This document shows, in pieces, positions 36,679 to 45,415 of a DNA stretch of 64,000 bases (its first letter is position 1; every line of letters starts with the position of its first letter). Under the pieces are notes generated by a model. The model worked only from the letters and a program-made list of their open reading frames with translations. It did no database searches and was not told the origin of the DNA. The DNA is from Bacteriovoracia bacterium (lineage in GTDB: Bacteria > Bdellovibrionota > UBA1018 > JBFWNL01). Location: NCBI GenBank assembly GCA_050251055.1, contig JBFWNL010000011.1, forward strand, positions 44,412-108,411, in the 5' to 3' direction. Made by a program: the position numbers and the translations under genes.

Positions 36679-38923
36679 CTTCCTTTTTTTCCGACGTTAT
36701 CTCGGGGGGAGGCGTCGAATTGGCTCGCTGGATGCGCTGCAAGTTCTCGATCTGCTTGGCGAGGTAGCGGCCCAAATTACCTAAACCCGATGCATCCAAA
36801 ACTACCGGATATCGGCTGGTTCGTAAAGGGATCTTAAAGCGGGGTCCGTACAAGATAAAATGCCGATGCTCCTGCTCGAAGATCTCCGGCGGATCGAGCG
36901 TCTGCAGGATCACCGTGCCTTCCGTCGAAAACGCGGACATCCCCGCGTAAAGCACGTCGTATCCACCGAAAATCCGGCTTGGCCACCCAAAGGCAATCCA
37001 ATCCGCGATTCCGGGAAGGTTATTGTCCAAGTCCTCTCCCGCGAAGATCCGCACGAAATTCTTCATGGCGTCCGGGGAAAACACCACCTTGTAACGGCTA
37101 TAGGGTTTCACCTGGACGCGGAAATCGTACTCCGCCGGGAACCAGGACTGAAACACCACGTCGTGGGCGTAGCCCTCCAGGGTCCCGTCCATTTCACCAA
37201 AGTTGGTCCAAGCCCCCAGCTGGTCCAGCCGAATGCTGCCCCAGTCGAGGTCGAAATGAACCTCAGGAACTTCCGTGTCGAAATCGTAGACCGCGAGATT
37301 GCGTAAGATCACGAAGCCAGAAAAAAGCGTCGCCCGCGCCTCCCCTTGAATCTCGATTTCCGAGTCTCCGCCGCTCACGATTTGCACCGGACCAAAGTGA
37401 GCCCGTACGTCTCCGGGAGGCACCCGCGCGGGATCCACGCAAAACTTCTCCGCGAGCGCCGCGAGAGGGATCGCATTCAAAGCGAAGGACCCGCCGAGCT
37501 TCGCCTGTCGACCCCAGCTCGCCGAAATGGGACCGACCTGGATGGGCAACTCCGTTTCGGGGGCGCGTAGGGGTAGGTTTTTCACGACTTTAAAGGTTCC
37601 CACGGTCGGCGCGCCCGCCACGTAATCCACGCTGAAATCGATCGGGGTCTTATCCAGAGCGGCCACCCATCGGAACGCACGTAGCCGCGCCACCGATAGA
37701 ACCGGTTGCGACGAGAGTGAGAACCGTGCGCCGTTCTGGCGAACGGTGAACGGAGCCCGAAGCTCAATTCCCCGCGCGCCGGCTTTCGCCTTGGGAAGCA
37801 ACACCCCCAACTCTCGAATCGCCAGCCGACCGCGGCCCCGCACATCCGCCAACGCTCCCGTCCGCAGCCGGGCTTGAGCTTCGCCGGTGAAATCCAAAAC
37901 GCCGCTCTCTAGACGCCAATCTTCGGCGGCCTCGACCCCTAACATTTGCTGCGCGCGCGCGAGCGAGGCCGCCACCGGCAGGGCGGGCACCCGCCAACTG
38001 GCCCGCAGCTCGCCCTCCCCACTCGCCGCGAAGGACAGTTTCGCGGCGCGGGAGCCGGGTCCGATCTCCATTTCGCCACGCTTCACCGGTAAAACCGAAG
38101 CCTCGTCACGGCCAAAGAGCTCGGCCCGGAGGCGTACGGGAAAATCCGCCAGCCCCAAATCAAAATACTTGGTCCCCCAGAGGATCTCCGCCTTCTGCGC
38201 TCCCGCGGAAAGCACCACTTCACCCACCTGCAAGGCTGGTTCGAACGCAAGCGGCGCCTTGGCCTCTGCACGCAAGCTGGCCGCCTGTACCAAGTGTTCG
38301 CCCGCGGCATCGCTCCAGCCCGCCGCGCCCAGCGTCAGCTTCAGGTCTAATTGCTCCTTCGCCCAGCTCGCCTGCAAATCCAAGCCTTCGGCCGAGACAT
38401 TCCAAAGGCGCCATCCCCACTTCGAACTTGCCGCTTTGAATCCGAATTCCGTGAGGGCCGATACCTTTTTGATCTTCAAAAGATCGAGCAGGGACTCTAG
38501 CTTGCGCGATCCACGCAGCCAAAATTCCAACTCGACGGGATCCGAGACCTCTCCCGGGCCTCCCTTCCGCGCCGCGGGTTCCACGGTAGCCCGCGCGGGA
38601 TAGAGGACGGCAAACGCGCGCTCGCTGCCGAAGCTCTTTAACTGCAATGGTCCCGATAGGCGCACTCGCCACGGCCCCCAACGCAAGACCAGGCGCAACC
38701 CGTCTAGGTGGCCTTTGAGGACGTCGCTCAACTCAGTGTCGAACTTTGCACTTTCGACGATAAAGGGAAGGTGCGGTTGTACCTCACGCAGGAAGGCCTC
38801 CACCGCGCGCTGCTTCACCCACGCGGAAAGCGCGCCTTGCCGCCAAGCCACGACCAGCCCGAGGGAAGCCACGAGAAAAAACACGCTCGCGACGACGGCG
38901 ACTTTGCGGATGCGCGGCCTCAT
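36635..38923 (-). CDS. YdbH/AsmA-like inner-membrane-anchored beta-rich bridge protein
   Basis: 762 aa, N-terminal TM, long amphipathic beta-strand body, directly upstream of DUF1318 lipoprotein. Confidence 0.6.
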   Translation of the reverse strand: MRPRIRKVAVVASVFFLVASLGLVVAWRQGALSAWVKQRAVEAFLREVQPHLPFIVESAKFDTELSDVLKGHLDGLRLVLRWGPWRVRLSGPLQLKSFGSERAFAVLYPARATVEPAARKGGPGEVSDPVELEFWLRGSRKLESLLDLLKIKKVSALTEFGFKAASSKWGWRLWNVSAEGLDLQASWAKEQLDLKLTLGAAGWSDAAGEHLVQAASLRAEAKAPLAFEPALQVGEVVLSAGAQKAEILWGTKYFDLGLADFPVRLRAELFGRDEASVLPVKRGEMEIGPGSRAAKLSFAASGEGELRASWRVPALPVAASLARAQQMLGVEAAEDWRLESGVLDFTGEAQARLRTGALADVRGRGRLAIRELGVLLPKAKAGARGIELRAPFTVRQNGARFSLSSQPVLSVARLRAFRWVAALDKTPIDFSVDYVAGAPTVGTFKVVKNLPLRAPETELPIQVGPISASWGRQAKLGGSFALNAIPLAALAEKFCVDPARVPPGDVRAHFGPVQIVSGGDSEIEIQGEARATLFSGFVILRNLAVYDFDTEVPEVHFDLDWGSIRLDQLGAWTNFGEMDGTLEGYAHDVVFQSWFPAEYDFRVQVKPYSRYKVVFSPDAMKNFVRIFAGEDLDNNLPGIADWIAFGWPSRIFGGYDVLYAGMSAFSTEGTVILQTLDPPEIFEQEHRHFILYGPRFKIPLRTSRYPVVLDASGLGNLGRYLAKQIENLQRIQRANSTPPPEITSEKKEDENEKDRQCFDPNF

Positions 38924-39798
38924 GTCGCGAAAGGCACTCCGAGCCTACGGGGCGCGCGGGCCTGGCCCACGAAACCGGCCAGTACCAGCACGGTCACCCA
39001 ATACGGCAGGATCTGGATGAACTGCACGGGTACGTGAAACTCCGCCAGAAAGCTCGCCCCTTGTAGTTGCATCTGAAGCGCATCGAAGAATCCGAAAAGC
39101 ACGCACGCTAATGCCGTGGGTACCGGGCGCCACTTACCTAAGATCAACGCGGCGAGCGCCATGAAACCCCGGCCCGCCGTCATATCCTTGGTGTACGACG
39201 AAGAAAGGCACATTGAGAGCGTAGCTCCACCCAGGCCGGCCAGGACCCCGGCGGCCAGTAGCGCCCCCCAGCGCACCCGTTTCACGCTCACGCCCGCGGC
39301 ATGGAGGGACTCGGGACTCTCGCCCGCGAACTGCAACCATAATCCCGATCGGGTCCAACGTAGCCAAGCGGCCACGATCGAAAGCGCGATCCATCCCATC
39401 ACGAGCGGAGCCAACGTAAAACGCTCCTCGATGGGAAGCGAAGGGGTCGAGGTCGTGGAATTAAACCAAAGCTTGCAGAGCACCGGCGGAACGCCGAAGG
39501 CAAGAAAGTTGATTGCGGTTCCCGCGACAATCTGGTCCGCGCGCCAACGAATTACGGTCACCCCGTAGAGGCCAGCCAGCGCCGCGCCACCCGCGGCCGC
39601 CCCAAAGAGTCCCAATGTCGGCGAATGCGACCCCAAAGTCACGACCACCCCGCAAAACGCGCCAATCAACATCAAGCCTTCGAGTGCGATATTCACCACG
39701 CCCGAGCGCTCGCTCAGCAGACCACCGAGCGCCGCAAAAAGCAGCGGCATCGACATCCGCATCGTGGAATCCAACAACGCTAAAAGGATTTGGGTCAT
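38920..39798 (-). CDS. Nucleoside ABC transporter permease (BPD_transp_2)
   Basis: ERSGVVNIALEG, GRGFMALAALILGKW. Confidence 0.92.
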   Translation of the reverse strand: MTQILLALLDSTMRMSMPLLFAALGGLLSERSGVVNIALEGLMLIGAFCGVVVTLGSHSPTLGLFGAAAGGAALAGLYGVTVIRWRADQIVAGTAINFLAFGVPPVLCKLWFNSTTSTPSLPIEERFTLAPLVMGWIALSIVAAWLRWTRSGLWLQFAGESPESLHAAGVSVKRVRWGALLAAGVLAGLGGATLSMCLSSSYTKDMTAGRGFMALAALILGKWRPVPTALACVLFGFFDALQMQLQGASFLAEFHVPVQFIQILPYWVTVLVLAGFVGQARAPRRLGVPFAT

Positions 39799-40841
39799 AT
39801 GCTCGCCCGCTTCCCACTCGCTCGGACACGCCTACGTTCCAAAAAATCCCAAAGCCCCGGCGAGGCCGCGAACAGGATGATCAGCGCCTGCATGATCTGC
39901 GAAACGTCGCGAGTTACGTGCTGCGTTTCGAAATCCAAATCCCCGGTCGCCTTATGGAGCGCGCCAAAGAGCAGCGCGCACGGAATCACGCCGAGTGGGC
40001 TACGTCGCGCAAGCAATGCCACCGCGATCCCGATAAACCCGTATCCCGGAGAAAATCCGGGCTTGAAACGATAGGCATTCCCCATAACTTCGATGAGCCC
40101 CACCAATCCCGCCAACGCGCCTACGGCGGTCATGCCCAAAATTCGCAGGCGATCAGTCGGTAATCCCGCCAGCCGCGCGGCCTCCGCGTTCTCCCCCAGG
40201 GCGCGGATCTCGTAGCCCAGCTTGCTCCGGCGCAAGAAAAAATGGAGCACCACCGCCGCGAGGAGCGCAAGATAGATCGCCGCCCCAACCGGCGCGCCTT
40301 GAAAGAAGTCGTAGTGCCGCCACTGGAATCCCATCCCCACCACGCTCGTTTCCGGGTTCTGGCTCTCGGTGTTTTTCAGTAACTCCAAAGTCACCCAGCT
40401 CGCCAGTCCCGCCGCGATGAAATTGAGCATGATCGTGGTAATCACCTCGTGACTGCCGCGCCGAACGCGTAGCCAGCCCGCGATGAAACCCCAAGCTCCG
40501 CCGCCTATCACCGCGGCGGAGAAGCCCGCGAGAAGCGCCAAGGCGGCCGGCAACCCGGGAAACGCGATACCGACCGCGGCAACCGCGAGCGCGCCCATTA
40601 CCAGCTGCCCCTCCGCTCCGATATTGAACAAACCGACCTGGCTCGCGAAAACGACCGATAGCCCCGTAAATACGAGGGGAATGCTGTAAAACAGCGTCAT
40701 CCCGAAGTCGTAGCGGGTACCGAAAACGCTTTTCACGAGTACGGTGAACACGTGCCAAGGACTTTCTCCGAGGAGCGCCGTCAGCGCGATTCCGAGCGCC
40801 AACCCTAACGCCGCCGAGGCTGGATAGCGCCACGTCTTCAC
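39795..40841 (-). CDS. Nucleoside ABC transporter permease
   Basis: LFNIGAEGQ, EVITTIMLNFIA, GFIGIAVALL. Confidence 0.92.
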   Translation of the reverse strand: MKTWRYPASAALGLALGIALTALLGESPWHVFTVLVKSVFGTRYDFGMTLFYSIPLVFTGLSVVFASQVGLFNIGAEGQLVMGALAVAAVGIAFPGLPAALALLAGFSAAVIGGGAWGFIAGWLRVRRGSHEVITTIMLNFIAAGLASWVTLELLKNTESQNPETSVVGMGFQWRHYDFFQGAPVGAAIYLALLAAVVLHFFLRRSKLGYEIRALGENAEAARLAGLPTDRLRILGMTAVGALAGLVGLIEVMGNAYRFKPGFSPGYGFIGIAVALLARRSPLGVIPCALLFGALHKATGDLDFETQHVTRDVSQIMQALIILFAASPGLWDFLERRRVRASGKRASI

Positions 40842-42415
40842 GCGACCTCCGGAGCCGCGCCCGCCATGGCAAGTCCGAGCGACTTCTCGTCAAAGCGCGC
40901 GGGATCGTCGAACCGGGCCACGATCCGGCCGCCGTACATCACGACAATACGATCCGCCAGCCGCATGGCTTCCTCGAGCTCCGAGGTGACGAGCAATATC
41001 CCGCTGCCCGCCTCGCGCGCTTCGATCAAGCGAGCGTGAATCGATTCGATGGCGCCGATGTCCACGCCCCGCGTGGGTTTGGCCGCGATGATCACGCGCG
41101 GAAAGGCCCCTTTCGCCTTCCGCGCGAATTCGCGCGCAATGATCACTTTCTGCTGATTGCCGCCAGAGAGCGCGCGAATGGGGAGCTCCACATCGCGGGG
41201 ACGCACGTCCCAAGCCTCGTTCGCCGCCGCCGCCTCCGCCCGCACGGCGGGCCACGGCACGAGCTGGCCGGGAAGCGCGCGCTGGCGGCCTAACAGATAA
41301 TTCTCGTAGACCGGCCGGTCCATCAGAAGTCCCTCGTAATGGCGATCCTCGGGAATGAGCGCGACATCAAGTTTTCTTACGTCCTGGCACCGCCATCCGT
41401 TCGCCACTTCACCGAACCAGCTCACCTTACCCGCCTGGACCGCGCACTCGCGCGGAGACACGAGCAGCTCCACCAGCTCGCGTTGCCCATTGCCTTCGAC
41501 GCCCACGACCCCCACGATCTCGCTGGCCCGGACCGAAAGCCCGATGTCCGCAAGCTTCACCCGCTCCGGCAGACGGCCCGCGGCCGTCACGCCGTCCAGC
41601 CGTAGATATTCGTCCCCGGCCACGGCTCGACGCGGAACCCGGTGGCCCAGGTCGACCGCGTGTCCAACCATAAGTTCCGCTAGCGCCGGAATGCTCGTTG
41701 CCGCCACGCGAATCCCCGCGGCCGGTTGGCCAGCTGGCCCGGTCGCCACACGGCCCCGGCTTATCACGGTCACCTCGTCGGCAATCGCCATTACCTCTTT
41801 CAATTTGTGGGTAATCAAGAGGATCGTTTTACCTTCGGCTTTCAGTCGACGCAGGTTCGCGAAAAACGCGGTTACTTCGTCTGGCGTGAGCACGGCGGTC
41901 GGCTCATCTAAAATCAAGATACGGGCATCGCGGTAAAGCAGTTTCAGGATTTCCACGCGCTGCTGCTCACCAACGGAAAGATCCTCGACCCAAGCATCGG
42001 GATCGAGCGCCAAACCGAAGCGCGTGCTCAGCTCGCGGATCCGTGCCCTCGCTTGCCCGCGGTCGACCACGCCAAAGCGCCCCGGCTCCACCCCTAAGAT
42101 GATGTTCTCGAGCACGGTATGGGGTCCCGCCAAGGTAAAGTGCTGGTAAACCATGCCGATGCCGGCCGCGATCGCATCCGCCGGCCCACGCCACGTCCGG
42201 GATTGGCCTTCGACTCGGATCTCACCCTCGGTCGGCGAAATCTCCCCGTATAAAAGCTTCATCGCGGTCGACTTGCCCGCGCCGTTTTCTCCCACGATCG
42301 CGTGCACCGTGCCGCCGGTTACCCGCAAGTTCAGCGCGTGGTTGGCCACCACGTCGCCGAAGCGCTTGGTCACGTTGCAAAACTCAACGGCAATCGAGGG
42401 AGCCGCGCCGTGCAT
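40838..42415 (-). CDS. Nucleoside/sugar ABC transporter ATP-binding protein (two ABC domains)
   Basis: GENGAGKST, LILDEPTAVL, LSGGNQQK, PTRGVDIGA. Confidence 0.95.
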   Translation of the reverse strand: MHGAAPSIAVEFCNVTKRFGDVVANHALNLRVTGGTVHAIVGENGAGKSTAMKLLYGEISPTEGEIRVEGQSRTWRGPADAIAAGIGMVYQHFTLAGPHTVLENIILGVEPGRFGVVDRGQARARIRELSTRFGLALDPDAWVEDLSVGEQQRVEILKLLYRDARILILDEPTAVLTPDEVTAFFANLRRLKAEGKTILLITHKLKEVMAIADEVTVISRGRVATGPAGQPAAGIRVAATSIPALAELMVGHAVDLGHRVPRRAVAGDEYLRLDGVTAAGRLPERVKLADIGLSVRASEIVGVVGVEGNGQRELVELLVSPRECAVQAGKVSWFGEVANGWRCQDVRKLDVALIPEDRHYEGLLMDRPVYENYLLGRQRALPGQLVPWPAVRAEAAAANEAWDVRPRDVELPIRALSGGNQQKVIIAREFARKAKGAFPRVIIAAKPTRGVDIGAIESIHARLIEAREAGSGILLVTSELEEAMRLADRIVVMYGGRIVARFDDPARFDEKSLGLAMAGAAPEVA

Positions 42416-42416
42416 G

Positions 42417-43412
42417 CTATTTTTTCTGGTGGTAGTAATCGGGCACCTGGAGTTTGCCCGACAGGATCGCGGCCCGAAAACCCTGCAGCTTCTTTAGCTC
42501 TTCCGCCGTAATCAGCGATTTATTGTATTGATCCATCGCCATGTCGATGCCGGAGTTACCGAGCCCGAAACGCTTGATACCGCCCGTGAATTTCCCGTCC
42601 TTCACGTCCTGGCAGGCGTCGAAGACGGCGACGTCCACGCGCTTGAGCATGCTCGTGAGAATAAAGCCTGGCTTGATGTAGTTCTGATTCGAGTCCACGC
42701 CGATCGCGAGCTTTTTGGCCTCCTCGGCCGCATCGAAAAGCCCCATGCCCGAGGCCCCGGCGGCGCTGAAAATCACGGCCGCGCCGTTCTTGTATTGGGC
42801 GCGCGCCAGCTCTTTCGCGCGAGGCGGATCGTTCCAGGCGCCGGAGGTGACGCCCACGTAGTTCGTCAGCACCTCCATTTTAGGATTCACGGCCTTCACG
42901 CCGTGCTCGTATCCCATCTGGAAGCGGCGAATGAGCGGAATGTCCATCCCGCCGATGAAGCCGACCTTCCCTCCCGACTTGGAGGCTTTCAGCGCCGCGA
43001 TCGCGCCCATCAGGAATGAGCCCTCATGTTCTTGGAAGAGCAGCGAGCGGACATTGGGGAGGTTCACCTCCGCGTCCACGATGGCAAAATGTTTTTGTGG
43101 AAATTGCGCGGCCACGGTTTTCACCGCGTCGGCCTGCCCCACACCGATGCCTACGATTAAGTCATAGTTACCGGTAGCGAACTTGCGCAGCATGGGTACG
43201 AACGCGTTGTCATCGGTGGCTTCCACGTACTTGAGTTGGATGCCCAACTCTTTTTCCGCACGCTGCACGCCTTCATACGCGGATTGATTGAAGGAGCGAT
43301 CGTTTTTTCCGCCCCGATCGAACACCACACCCACCGTCACGGCCTGGGCGGAAATCCCACCCGCCGCCGCCATGAACGCACCCAATACCGCGAACCCCAT
43401 GAGTTTTTTCAT
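42417..43412 (-). CDS. BMP/PnrA family substrate-binding protein (probably purine nucleosides)
   Basis: DRSFNQSA, FQEHEGSFL, AIGVDSNQ, TSMLKRVD; SPase I-type signal peptide, no lipobox Cys. Confidence 0.92.
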   Translation of the reverse strand: MKKLMGFAVLGAFMAAAGGISAQAVTVGVVFDRGGKNDRSFNQSAYEGVQRAEKELGIQLKYVEATDDNAFVPMLRKFATGNYDLIVGIGVGQADAVKTVAAQFPQKHFAIVDAEVNLPNVRSLLFQEHEGSFLMGAIAALKASKSGGKVGFIGGMDIPLIRRFQMGYEHGVKAVNPKMEVLTNYVGVTSGAWNDPPRAKELARAQYKNGAAVIFSAAGASGMGLFDAAEEAKKLAIGVDSNQNYIKPGFILTSMLKRVDVAVFDACQDVKDGKFTGGIKRFGLGNSGIDMAMDQYNKSLITAEELKKLQGFRAAILSGKLQVPDYYHQKK

Positions 43413-43447
43413 GCCCACGTTCTAGCGGCGATGAGGAGGCCGGGCAA

Positions 43448-44332
43448 TCAATTTTCGTCTATTGATGCGGAGCGCGAAAACCGCTCCCCCAGGAGGAAAC
43501 AAAGCGAATAAATTCCAGTGGAAGCGCTCGGCACCGCCTGCATTTGGACCGTGCGCATCATGAGTCTTTCCACGCCTTCGATCACCAAGCCCACTTGTTC
43601 AGCGGAAAGCTCGCGGGTCACCACTCCCCGCATGGCTCGTTTGGCCACGATATCTTCGTGCTTCAGCTTGCCGAGGAGGTTGTCCATATTGTGACGAAGG
43701 TTTTGATTCCGCAGTCCAAAGAATTCTTCGTCGTCCGGAAAGTAAAACGTGCTCTTCGCCGCGGTCCACTGCTGCCGCTCGTGCTTGCCCGTCCCTTTCG
43801 CCCGGATCACGCCCAGGTCTGCCAGATCGGCCACACGCTTCGCGACTTTTTCCCGGGAAATTCCTAATGCGGCCGCGAGTTCTCCTTCCGAAATCCAATC
43901 CGGATAATAGGCACTGATGAAGGTGAACACGTCGCGGTAACTGGGATCAGACTCGAAGACTTTGAGATGGCTGCGGTTGAAGACGATCACTTCGTCCAAA
44001 TTCACGTTCGCCTGCGGAGCCGTGCGGGCCACTTGTCCCGGCCCGGCGGCGGGGGCCACGCCGGTAGACTGATCGATCAGGCGCTCAAGCGCAATCACCG
44101 AGGCATTTTCCTTCGCCTGGGACTGACACCATATAAGGATGCCTTGCATGAGAGGGATCTCGAGGCGTTCCATGATGAGGACCGCCTGATCCAGACTCGG
44201 CAGCTGCTCCCCCGATTCATAACGCGAATACTGGGGATAACTGATCTTTAAGTCCACCTGCTGGCCAAATTGACGGGCTGAACGGTACTTTTCAGATCGT
44301 GTTTTTTTTAGTAATTTCGCAAAGTTATTCAC
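43448..44332 (-). CDS. XRE-type HTH regulator with second winged-helix region (TIGR02147/DUF4423-like architecture)
   Basis: ISYPQYSRYESGEQLPS HTH; ELAAALGISREKV..L..LG winged helix; probable GTG start at 44332. Confidence 0.7.
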   Translation of the reverse strand: MNNFAKLLKKTRSEKYRSARQFGQQVDLKISYPQYSRYESGEQLPSLDQAVLIMERLEIPLMQGILIWCQSQAKENASVIALERLIDQSTGVAPAAGPGQVARTAPQANVNLDEVIVFNRSHLKVFESDPSYRDVFTFISAYYPDWISEGELAAALGISREKVAKRVADLADLGVIRAKGTGKHERQQWTAAKSTFYFPDDEEFFGLRNQNLRHNMDNLLGKLKHEDIVAKRAMRGVVTRELSAEQVGLVIEGVERLMMRTVQMQAVPSASTGIYSLCFLLGERFSRSASIDEN

Positions 44333-44339
44333 GACGCAT

Positions 44340-44460
44340 TGCAATATTGCACACATTGATAAATATTGCCAGAAAAATCACTTTTCGCATTGACGAAATA
44401 TATGCAGCGCGTTATCAATGGCGCGTCACGAAATAGCCATATTGGCAATGTTGTATTTGG
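44340..44460. promoter_or_regulatory. Divergent promoter region with palindromic operator candidates
   Basis: TGCAATATTGCA at 44340-44351; CATTGATAA (44354-44362) and TTATCAATG (44412-44420) inverted pair; ACGAAATA occurs twice. Confidence 0.55.
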
Positions 44461-44472
44461 GGAACTGAACTA

Positions 44473-45330
44473 ATGGAAATCGTGCATTTCATTCCACCCA
44501 CTCAGAGACGGCTGGCCTTGCTCGCCGCTCAGACCGACTCGGCGCCGGTCCTCATTTGCGGCGCCAGCGGCACGGGTAAGGGCATCATCGCCCGCTGGGT
44601 GCACGCCAACAGCCCCCGCTCCGGCAAGCTCATCATGTCCGCATCCCGTGAAAAGGCGCTCGGCGCTCAAATCGCGGAAGCGCAAGGTGGCACCTTGGTG
44701 GTCGGCGAAATCGGCAGCTGGCCACTGGGCGAACAAAAGACGCTTTTGAATTATTTGAACACGAAATCAGTGGCGCATCCGGACGGCAACGGCACGCGCA
44801 TGCTCGTCAACACGCGCATCATGGCCACCACCAGTCAGGCGCTCGAAGGCCGCGCCCAAGGCGGACTCTTCAACGCCGAGCTGCTGGGTAAGCTCAACGT
44901 GTTCCGCCTGGAAATGCCGGAGCTCGCGGAGCGCACCAACGAGCTCAACGATATCATCCGCGGCATCCTGGGCGAAATCACCCGCGAGCTGCACAAAGAG
45001 CACCTCAAGGATTTCTCCGCCGACGCCTGGACGAAATTGAAAGATTATCACTGGCCGGGCAACCTGCGCGAGTTGCGCAACGTGCTTCGCGTCGCCACGA
45101 TCACCGCCCAGGGCGACCAGATCGAAGCCACCGATATTCCCGATTTTGATCACGATCGCATCGACTTCCGCGCCACGCGCGAAGAGTTCGAGAAGGTCTA
45201 CATCATGGAGTTACTGAAAACGTTTAATTGGCAGTTTGATAAAACGTGCCGGATCAGCCGTATTGATAAGGATGTCCTGATGGGCAAAATTAAAAAATAC
45301 GGCATCACGATTCCCGCACCTTTATCGTAG
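44473..45330 (+). CDS. Degenerate sigma54-activator-like AAA+ regulator with Fis-type HTH
   Basis: GASGTGKG, YHWPGNLRELRN, C-terminal HTH; no GAFTGA loop, Walker B reads VVGEI, no sensor domain. Confidence 0.85.
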   Translation: MEIVHFIPPTQRRLALLAAQTDSAPVLICGASGTGKGIIARWVHANSPRSGKLIMSASREKALGAQIAEAQGGTLVVGEIGSWPLGEQKTLLNYLNTKSVAHPDGNGTRMLVNTRIMATTSQALEGRAQGGLFNAELLGKLNVFRLEMPELAERTNELNDIIRGILGEITRELHKEHLKDFSADAWTKLKDYHWPGNLRELRNVLRVATITAQGDQIEATDIPDFDHDRIDFRATREEFEKVYIMELLKTFNWQFDKTCRISRIDKDVLMGKIKKYGITIPAPLS

Positions 45331-45390
45331 CCGCTTCTGGGAGCCCGTCCCCCCATTCCCCCCCTAGGGCTCCCAGAAGCGGTGATTTTT
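45331..45390. terminator. Hairpin between convergent genes, probable terminator
   Basis: Perfect 16-bp stem CCGCTTCTGGGAGCCC (45331-45346) / GGGCTCCCAGAAGCGG (45367-45382), 20-nt C-rich loop, followed by TGATTTTT. Confidence 0.75.
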
Positions 45391-45415
45391 AAGATCAAGC
45401 CGACGACCTGGCCGA

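Noticed and set aside
44418-44460. TGGC motifs as a sigma54 promoter for the activator-like gene
   Set aside because: Neither has GC at the required GG-N10-GC spacing
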